The position numbers and the translations under genes were made by a program. Under the pieces are notes generated by a model that made no database searches, was not told where the DNA came from, and was given only the letters and a program-made list of their open reading frames with translations. DNA of 64,000 nt from an uncultured Chloroflexia bacterium (lineage in GTDB: Bacteria; Chloroflexota; Limnocylindria; Limnocylindrales; CSP1-4): assembly GCA_963819655.1 (NCBI GenBank), contig CAWFXA010000002.1, forward strand, positions 1,312,001 to 1,376,000. Direction: 5' to 3'. Of the stretch, positions 57,468-64,000 are shown piece by piece; the first letter of the stretch is position 1; the number at the start of each line of letters is the position of its first letter.

Positions 57468-58796
57468 TTAGCGGAGGCGCATCGGCATCCCGTTGCGGGG
57501 CCGTAGCGTCACCTGCGGGTCGATCCGGACGACGTGGCCCGGCGCGACCGATGGTCGAAATCGCTGCACCAGCGTCGCAAGGATGATCTTCGCTTCCATC
57601 AAGGCGAACTGCACGCCCATGCATTGACGCGGCCCGCCGCCGAACGGGAAGTACGCGAAACGATCCGGCCCGGTGGGGATGCCGCCCCGGAATCGCTCCG
57701 GTCGGAATGATTCCGGGTCCTCCCAGAATGCCGGGTGACGGTGCGTGACGTACGGGCTGACGATGACGAACTTGCCGCGTGGGATCCGTCGACCTCCGAT
57801 CGTGTCGTCCCGGAGCGGCGTCCTCGTCGTCGACCAGGCCGGCGGATAGAGGCGCAAGGTCTCGTCGATCGTCATAGAAGTGAGCGGGAGCTTGGCTAGA
57901 TCCTCGAGCTGGACCGGTCGATCTCCGACGACCGCCTTTACCTCGTCGCTGACGCCCTCTCTGACGTGCCTGTGCTGGTCGAGCAGATACCACGACCAGG
58001 TCAGTGCGACGGACGTCGATTTATGACCGGCCATCAGCATGGTCATCACTTCGTCGCGTATCTCGCGCTCGGAGATTGGCGTACCTGTCCCGGCGTCCCG
58101 AGCGTCAAGGAGGATGTCGAGGAAGTTGGACGGACCCGATCGATCGGCCCGGCGTCGTGCGATCAGGTCGAAGATGAACGCGTCGAGGATCCCGCGCGCC
58201 TCGATGAACCGACGGTTGGCCGGCAGCGGGACCCACAGCGGCCACGCCACGAGTGACTCGATACGCCTGATCAGGTGGCGGAGCGACTCATCGATCGAGG
58301 GACCGACTCGCTTGGCGTCCGATGCAGCGTCGACACCCAGAAGCGTCCGGGCGGCGACCGTCAACGTCAGGCTCATCATCTCGGTCGACATGTCGACCAC
58401 GGCGTCGGCTGGCAGTCGATCCCACCGGTCGGCCACCTCGCGCACCGCCGTTTCCATGGTGGCCGCCATCGATGCGACGTGGTCGCGATGGAAGGCAGGC
58501 TGGAGAAGTCGGCGCCGCGAGAGCCATCGGTCTCCCTCGCTCGTCGCCAGGCCATTTCCGAGTAGCTCGACGAACCGGGCGTTGTGCCACGGCACCTTGC
58601 CGTAGTCCTGGTTGGCATCACGAAGTACACGATCGACGTCGTGCGGATGCACGACCAGATAGGCGTCGAACGGGCCTCCGAGCCGGAACCGCACCACGTC
58701 GCCTTGCTCGCGCCAGGCATGAAGGTAAGTGCCAAGTGGGTCGCGTCGGAGCGCCCGCGCGTCGGATCGAAGCCAACCACTGCTGACCGCGGTCAT
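57468..58796 (-). CDS. Cytochrome P450
   Basis: ETLR, PERF, FGGGPRQCMG; I-helix reads AGHKST. Confidence 0.93.
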   Translation of the reverse strand: MTAVSSGWLRSDARALRRDPLGTYLHAWREQGDVVRFRLGGPFDAYLVVHPHDVDRVLRDANQDYGKVPWHNARFVELLGNGLATSEGDRWLSRRRLLQPAFHRDHVASMAATMETAVREVADRWDRLPADAVVDMSTEMMSLTLTVAARTLLGVDAASDAKRVGPSIDESLRHLIRRIESLVAWPLWVPLPANRRFIEARGILDAFIFDLIARRRADRSGPSNFLDILLDARDAGTGTPISEREIRDEVMTMLMAGHKSTSVALTWSWYLLDQHRHVREGVSDEVKAVVGDRPVQLEDLAKLPLTSMTIDETLRLYPPAWSTTRTPLRDDTIGGRRIPRGKFVIVSPYVTHRHPAFWEDPESFRPERFRGGIPTGPDRFAYFPFGGGPRQCMGVQFALMEAKIILATLVQRFRPSVAPGHVVRIDPQVTLRPRNGMPMRLR

Positions 58797-58934
58797 ATCG
58801 CCATCCCTTAGCGGAGCGTTGCCATAAACATGATATCAGCAAGTATCACGTTATAACAGAGCTAGAGACGGGTACGACGCGGTACCCATCGAGCCCGGGA
58901 TCAGCACGACCTCGCCCGCCCGGGGTCGGTTAAG

Positions 58935-59876
58935 TCAGTCGGGCGATCTCGCGGCGTCCATGACCTCACGAAGGCTTTCGACCGGACCGAGATGCGCGAG
59001 CTTGTCCGGGTTGACCACTGAACGGATCGTCGTGACTCGGCCGTCGACGACCTCGATCGACATCACCGAGAACACGCCGCCGTGCGGGCCGCGGAAGATG
59101 ACGCCGGGTTGGCCGTTGATCCGGTGCAGCTCGAAGGTCGCGCCGAGCGTCTTGGTCTGCCGGCCCATCTGGGCGAACAGTCGGGCGACCTTGTCGGCGC
59201 CGACGATCGGCTCGTACCACTGCGGGACCTTGCCGCCACCGTCGCCATGGACGATCGCGCCCTCCGCGAGCAGCTCGATCAGGCCGTCGACATCGCCCCG
59301 CTCCGCCGCGCCGACGAACCGGTTGACGAGTTCGTCGCGCTCGGCCTCATCGGTGTCGAAACGAGGCCGGTTCTCGGCGATGAAGCGCCTCGCACGCACC
59401 GCATGCTGACGGCACGTCGCCGCGGACTTGCGGACGATCCTCCCGATCTCCTCGAAGTCGTAGTCGAACACATCGTGGAGCAGGAAGATCGCCCGCTCGA
59501 CCGGGGTCAGCCGCTCGAGCAGGACAAGGAACGACATCGACACCGAGTCGGCCAGCTCGGCGTGTACGGCCGGGTCGCCGGCGCCCTCGTCTGTCACGAG
59601 CGGCTCCGGCAGCCACTCGCCGACATACGTCTCGCGTCGGACCCGGGCCGATCGAAGGTGGTCGATCGCCAGACGGGTGACGATCGCCGAGAGGTATGCC
59701 TTCGGCGACTCGACCGCGGCGTCCTTGTCGATGGCCCGCTGATAGCGGACGAACGCCTCCTGCACGACGTCCTCGGCCTCGCTGACGCTCCCGAGCATCC
59801 GGTAGGCGATCGAGAACAACAGCGGACGAAGATCGACATAGGCTTCGGCGACACCCGCGTCGACGTCGGGGTTCAC
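58935..59876 (-). CDS. ECF41/SigJ-type sigma factor with SnoaL-like extension
   Basis: YVGEWLPEP, DGGGK, NPDKL. Confidence 0.93.
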   Translation of the reverse strand: MNPDVDAGVAEAYVDLRPLLFSIAYRMLGSVSEAEDVVQEAFVRYQRAIDKDAAVESPKAYLSAIVTRLAIDHLRSARVRRETYVGEWLPEPLVTDEGAGDPAVHAELADSVSMSFLVLLERLTPVERAIFLLHDVFDYDFEEIGRIVRKSAATCRQHAVRARRFIAENRPRFDTDEAERDELVNRFVGAAERGDVDGLIELLAEGAIVHGDGGGKVPQWYEPIVGADKVARLFAQMGRQTKTLGATFELHRINGQPGVIFRGPHGGVFSVMSIEVVDGRVTTIRSVVNPDKLAHLGPVESLREVMDAARSPD

Positions 59877-60859
59877 GCTGCCGAGATTGCCTCATGTTCG
59901 AGGTCTGGTGCACGCGGTGGCAGCGGCACCGGTGTGTCGAGCCCGCGCCGGAAGCCCTCCCGCCAGCTCGGCCAGATCGGCTGCCAGTCGAGCTCGCGCT
60001 TCGCCTTGGCGTTCGACGACCCGCGGCCCTCGGTCATCATCGTCACCGCGACCTCGCCCGCGACCAGCCGGCCGAGCCAGGCGGGGATGCGCAGCGGCCT
60101 AGGCGCTCCGAGCGCCTCGGCGATCGCCGGGATGAACTCCCGGGTCGGCGTCGGTTCGTCGTCGACGATGTTGTAGATGCCGTGCCGACCCCGCTCGAGC
60201 GCGGACAGTGTCCCGCTCGCCGCGTCGTCGATGTGCGTCGACGACACGATCCCTGCCCCGTTGCCGATCACTGGGAACATCCGCTTGCGCAGGATGCCTC
60301 CGAGCGCCTCGGACGAGCCTGGCCCGTAGAGGCCGCCGTACCGCACGACGATCCCCTCGAGCGGTGCTTCGAGTACGGCGCGCTCGAGGTATCTGATCGC
60401 GGCGAGGGTCTGCGTCTGCGCCTTGACAGGGTGCGGATCCAGCGGGTCGTCCTCCGTCTTGATCCACGAGCCCTCGCGGCTGTTGCTCCAGCCGGTGAAG
60501 CTCTGGGCGATGAATCGCTTGACGCCGCTTGCCTTCGCCGCGGCGAGGAGGTTGTCCGTCCCCTCGGTCCGGAGCCGGTTCGTCAGTGCGAACCAGCGGT
60601 CGAAGTGCTTGAAGTCGGGCGTGCCCGACAGGGCGGTCATCTGGTGGATGATCGCGTCGGGCTCGGCTCGGGCCACGGCCTCGCCGATGCCGACAGGGTC
60701 AAGGCCGTCGACCACGATCGGCTCCGCGCCGAGTCGCCGGATCTGCTCCGCCGATTCCGGCCGTGAGGCGGTCCCCGTCACCTGGTGGCCGCGAGCGACC
60801 AGCATCGGAAGTAGTCGGCGTCCGACGGCGCCGCCGGCGCCTGCAACAAAGACCCGCAT
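59873..60859 (-). CDS. NAD-dependent epimerase/dehydratase (SDR)
   Basis: VFVAGAGGAVG, TNRLRTEGT, YG.LYGPG; AAGGAGG RBS. Confidence 0.9.
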   Translation of the reverse strand: MRVFVAGAGGAVGRRLLPMLVARGHQVTGTASRPESAEQIRRLGAEPIVVDGLDPVGIGEAVARAEPDAIIHQMTALSGTPDFKHFDRWFALTNRLRTEGTDNLLAAAKASGVKRFIAQSFTGWSNSREGSWIKTEDDPLDPHPVKAQTQTLAAIRYLERAVLEAPLEGIVVRYGGLYGPGSSEALGGILRKRMFPVIGNGAGIVSSTHIDDAASGTLSALERGRHGIYNIVDDEPTPTREFIPAIAEALGAPRPLRIPAWLGRLVAGEVAVTMMTEGRGSSNAKAKRELDWQPIWPSWREGFRRGLDTPVPLPPRAPDLEHEAISAA

Positions 60860-60891
60860 GATTGGGCCTCCTTTCTCGTCTCTGCACACAA

Positions 60892-60918
60892 GACGAGATA
60901 GGGCCCAGTCACGTGAAA
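60892..60918 (-). promoter_or_regulatory. ECF41-type promoter
   Basis: TTTCACG-N16-CGTC versus the TGTCACA-N16-CGTC consensus. Confidence 0.6.
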
Positions 60919-60942
60919 CGGGGTCATGTCCCTGAATGTAGC

Positions 60943-60968
60943 GTCGCCGGCCCGCGTGGGCCGGCGAC
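60943..60968 (-). terminator. Hairpin downstream of the CHRD gene
   Basis: GTCGCCGGCCC-GCGT-GGGCCGGCGAC. Confidence 0.6.
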
Positions 60969-60987
60969 ATTCGAATAGTGGGAGTCC

Positions 60988-61485
60988 CTAGCGGAGCTGC
61001 GCTCGCATGACGCCGCCGGGGTGCTGGACGTTGTGCAGGTTGATGTAGAAGGCGCCAGGGTTCCGCAGGATCGCGCTGAGATCGTCGCGGTCACCGTGCA
61101 CGCAGGTGGTTCCGGTCGGATACGACGTCGGCGCCGGGGCCGCCGCCGCGCCGCCGAAGATGTCGACCGTGATGGGCCCGGCGACTCCCGCGGCCGCGAG
61201 GTGGACGTGGGCCACGTGCGGGAGCGCATCGCCCGCCGTCAGCGTGATCGCACCAAAGCTCCAGCAGACCTCTTCCTGGCCCGGATTGATAGTGAGCGTG
61301 ACGCTGCCGCGATCGGCGTCGCCGTGGGGATTGATGGGCTGCCCCGCCGCATCGAACTCGTTCGCGCCGCTCAACGCGAGGTTGAACGGTCGCCCACCGT
61401 TGTCGGCGAGCGCCGTCCCGACAGAGAGTGCGATCGTCAGCATGAGCGCCGGCAGGAGCAACGCCAGTAGTCTGAATCTACGCAT
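60988..61485 (-). CDS. Secreted CHRD-domain protein
   Basis: LSGANE, AHVH....G..GP, FYINLH...HPGG.MRAQL; signal peptide. Confidence 0.88.
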   Translation of the reverse strand: MRRFRLLALLLPALMLTIALSVGTALADNGGRPFNLALSGANEFDAAGQPINPHGDADRGSVTLTINPGQEEVCWSFGAITLTAGDALPHVAHVHLAAAGVAGPITVDIFGGAAAAPAPTSYPTGTTCVHGDRDDLSAILRNPGAFYINLHNVQHPGGVMRAQLR

Positions 61486-61676
61486 GTCCGGTCCTCCAAA
61501 GCTGTAGCCCCGGTGGTGTTGGGTACGCGGCGGAGCTTTCTGTGGTTTTCTGGTCGCCGGTCGGGTGGACGGGCGACTTCGGGTTGCGAACCCACCACGT
61601 CGTCATGTGGCTTCGAGCGGCTCGATCCGCTGTCGATCTCGAGGGCTGCCCTAAAGTCGGTCGCGCCCTGACGTTT

Positions 61677-62918
61677 CTATGGGGCAGGCGTCGGCACTGG
61701 TTGCCAGGCGGGGCTGCCCCACGCTTGAGCGGCCACATAGCGGAGGCCGGTTCCGTCCGCGTTCACGACGAGAAGCCTCGAATCGCCATCATTGCTGGTC
61801 GGATCGCCCGTCGGGATCCCGTCTCCTCCCAGGCTGGTGAATGTCAGGCTCGTGCCGTCCGGCGACCAGTCCAGGCCGGGCGCGAAGCCGAGGCAGAAGC
61901 AGCGCCCCGCCCTGGCCAACTCGCGAGGCTCAGGGGCGCTCACGTCGATGGCCATGACGCGCAGGTCCCATCCGTCTTGGCAATTCTCTGACCTAATCCC
62001 GGTGCAGATCTGGACGTCGGTCGAGCCGAGGTAGGCGATCCTCGATCCGTCGGGCGACCACGCCGGGTCCCACGCCCCGATGCCCGGCAGGGGGCCGAGG
62101 AGCTCGGTCCGGTCAGACCCGTCACGGTCGACCGTGACAAGCCGGCGACGCTGGTCGTTGGGATTTCCGCCGATGATCTGGAAGGCGATCCTGCCCCCGT
62201 CAGGCGACCAGACCGGCTGCAAAATCCCTTGCTCCTCGTGGACGCCCGTGCGGTTGCCCCCATCGGGATCTACCAGCTCGAGCCTGCCGGCCTGCGCGAC
62301 GGCGATCCGAGAGCCGTCTGGCGACCAGGCGATCGAGCAGGCGTTCGCGTCGACACCGCAAGTCACGATCTGTTGCGAGATCGCGTCGGACACGTCCATC
62401 ACCCAGACACCGCCAGTGGCAGCGTACGCCAGTCGTTGACCATCCGGCGCCCAGGCAAGATCGGTCACGACGATCGGAGCGTTAGGGTCCGTCGGCCCCT
62501 CGACGAGCACCTTCGAAATCGCCCCCGTGGTCGGATCGACCAGGACGAGCCGAGAGTCGATCACCACCGCGATGGCACCGTTGTGGGCGGGGCGAAGGCT
62601 GGCCAAGGCTGACGGGCTGGCCGAGGTCGACGGGGTCGTGTCGAGCGATGGGATCGCCGCTCCGCCCAGCCGTGGACCGATCGCGACGCCGCCGACGATC
62701 GCGATCACGGCGAGCACGGCCGCAGTCGCGGCCAGGTTTGGCAGACGTATCGTCGGTCCAAACCTCCGCGGCAGGCGTACGGTTCGCCCTTGCGGGACGG
62801 AGGGGACCGCAGCCACGACCGCCGCGAGAACCTGGCCCGGTGCACTGAGTGGACCCTCCTCGAGCCAGTCCGCGACGCGTGGATCGAAACCTGGATCGGG
62901 ATCGTTGGATCGGGTCAT
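61677..62918 (-). CDS. Putative anti-sigma factor: TM plus TolB/PD40 beta-propeller
   Basis: Coupled to the ECF gene; repeated WSPDG; ends PAWQP. Confidence 0.75.
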   Translation of the reverse strand: MTRSNDPDPGFDPRVADWLEEGPLSAPGQVLAAVVAAVPSVPQGRTVRLPRRFGPTIRLPNLAATAAVLAVIAIVGGVAIGPRLGGAAIPSLDTTPSTSASPSALASLRPAHNGAIAVVIDSRLVLVDPTTGAISKVLVEGPTDPNAPIVVTDLAWAPDGQRLAYAATGGVWVMDVSDAISQQIVTCGVDANACSIAWSPDGSRIAVAQAGRLELVDPDGGNRTGVHEEQGILQPVWSPDGGRIAFQIIGGNPNDQRRRLVTVDRDGSDRTELLGPLPGIGAWDPAWSPDGSRIAYLGSTDVQICTGIRSENCQDGWDLRVMAIDVSAPEPRELARAGRCFCLGFAPGLDWSPDGTSLTFTSLGGDGIPTGDPTSNDGDSRLLVVNADGTGLRYVAAQAWGSPAWQPVPTPAP

Positions 62919-63469
62919 GCGGGTCGCTCCCCGGATGGCGCGAGGGAGCGTTCCCCCGCGTCCAGCACAGTCCGTAGCTGACGGATCGCGTAGTGGAGCC
63001 GGGACCTCGCGGTCCCGACGGGGATACCGAGGGTTTCCGCGATCTCCGTGAGCGGATACCCGAGGTGGTGGTGCAGCACGACGACTACCCGGTGTTCTGG
63101 CGACAACCGGCGGAAGGCTTCCTCGAGCTCGTCTCGGTCAGCGACAATGCCCGCCACGTCGGGATCGACCGGCGTGTCGAGTGGCAGCACCCGGACGCGG
63201 GCCGCCCAGCGTCGCTCGCCGCGGGCCTCTGTGTAGCAAGCGTTGACCACGAGACGGTGGAGCCAGGCGTCGAAGCGATGGTGCTCGCGAAGGTTCGGTA
63301 GGTCGCGCCATGCCCCTAGCAGCGCCTGCTGGGTCGCATCCTCGGCTCGATGTGGGTCACGCAGGATCCGGTAGGCGAGGGCATAGCAACGATCGACGCT
63401 TGCCCTGGCCAGGGATCCGAAGGCGTCCTGATCGCCCCGACTGGCCCGCTCCACGAGCTCGGCCTGCAT
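62915..63469 (-). CDS. ECF sigma factor
   Basis: AEDATQQA, RFDAWL.R, GTARSRLHYA. Confidence 0.92.
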   Translation of the reverse strand: MQAELVERASRGDQDAFGSLARASVDRCYALAYRILRDPHRAEDATQQALLGAWRDLPNLREHHRFDAWLHRLVVNACYTEARGERRWAARVRVLPLDTPVDPDVAGIVADRDELEEAFRRLSPEHRVVVVLHHHLGYPLTEIAETLGIPVGTARSRLHYAIRQLRTVLDAGERSLAPSGERPA

Positions 63470-63655
63470 CGTGCGCTCCGGATTGGTGCGACCGATCTGG
63501 TCGCGTCACCGAGTATGGAGCCGGCCGAGGTCCAAACGTTCAGTCGTGCTTGTGTGATCCGGCTGGCCGAGGGCTGAATCTGGAACCTTTGCATGACGCG
63601 TGGGCCACATCATTGGTAACGCGGCAGGTCGCCGCGCCGAAGTCGATGGTGAGTA

Positions 63656-64000
63656 GTGCGCGATCTCGTGATCCGGGCGCGAGAAGGCGATCGTGACGCT
63701 TTCTCCGAGCTCGCCGCGCGTTCGATCGGGCGCCTCACCGCGGTGGCGCGAATGATCCTGCGGGACGAGTACGCCGCCCAGGACGCGGTCCAGGAAGCAT
63801 TCATCGCAGCTTGGCGGGATCTACCCGGGCTTCGGGAGCCTGACCGGTTCGACGCGTGGATGCGGCGGATCCTCGTGCGGGCGTGCTTCAAGGGGACTCG
63901 GCGCAGGAAGCGCGTTGACGCTGTCGAGATCCGTCTGACCCCCGGCGACGAGCCGGCCATCGCCGGCGTCGAGGGCAACCTGGCCGTTCGTGACCAGCTG
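63656..64000 (+). CDS. ECF sigma factor, 5' part (truncated by window edge)
   Basis: Manual translation VRDLVIRAREGDRDAFSELA..AQDAVQEAFIAAWRDLPGLREPDRFDAW. Confidence 0.88.
   Translation, partial: MRDLVIRAREGDRDAFSELAARSIGRLTAVARMILRDEYAAQDAVQEAFIAAWRDLPGLREPDRFDAWMRRILVRACFKGTRRRKRVDAVEIRLTPGDEPAIAGVEGNLAVRDQL

Noticed and set aside
1-64000. tRNA, rRNA, IS element, prophage, retron or DGR
   Set aside because: No cloverleaf, rRNA-like sequence, transposase, integrase, phage structural or reverse transcriptase motifs were seen by eye

Overview
This is a very GC-rich bacterial chromosomal segment of about 70 genes. It contains no rRNA, tRNA, CRISPR-cas, transposase or prophage genes that I can see. 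Gene content suggests a soil or sediment Chloroflexota (possibly Limnocylindria) or another Terrabacterium; this is inference only. The region mixes ABC exporters, DNA-repair and stress genes (HhH-GPD, AlkZ/YcaQ-like, a radical SAM behind a LexA-type box, DEAD-box helicase, cold-shock protein), many regulators (2 MocR, 2 TetR, WYL, 5 ECF sigma factors) and small detoxification or catabolic enzymes. Most notable observations: (1) a recurring module in which MocR/GabR-family regulators are flanked by tiny genes, including two paralogous 42-49 aa membrane peptides and two promoters sharing one operator architecture; (2) a GreA fused to a GIY-YIG-like domain; (3) two different families of degenerate intergenic palindromic repeats; (4) a P450 with an atypical I-helix, bracketed by 11-bp direct repeats and next to a gene remnant; (5) a nitroreductase with an internal twin-arginine motif; (6) a putative 6S-like RNA. 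Leaderless starts appear common. Four single-base frameshifts are probably assembly errors. All product calls come from motif recognition by eye, with no database search.
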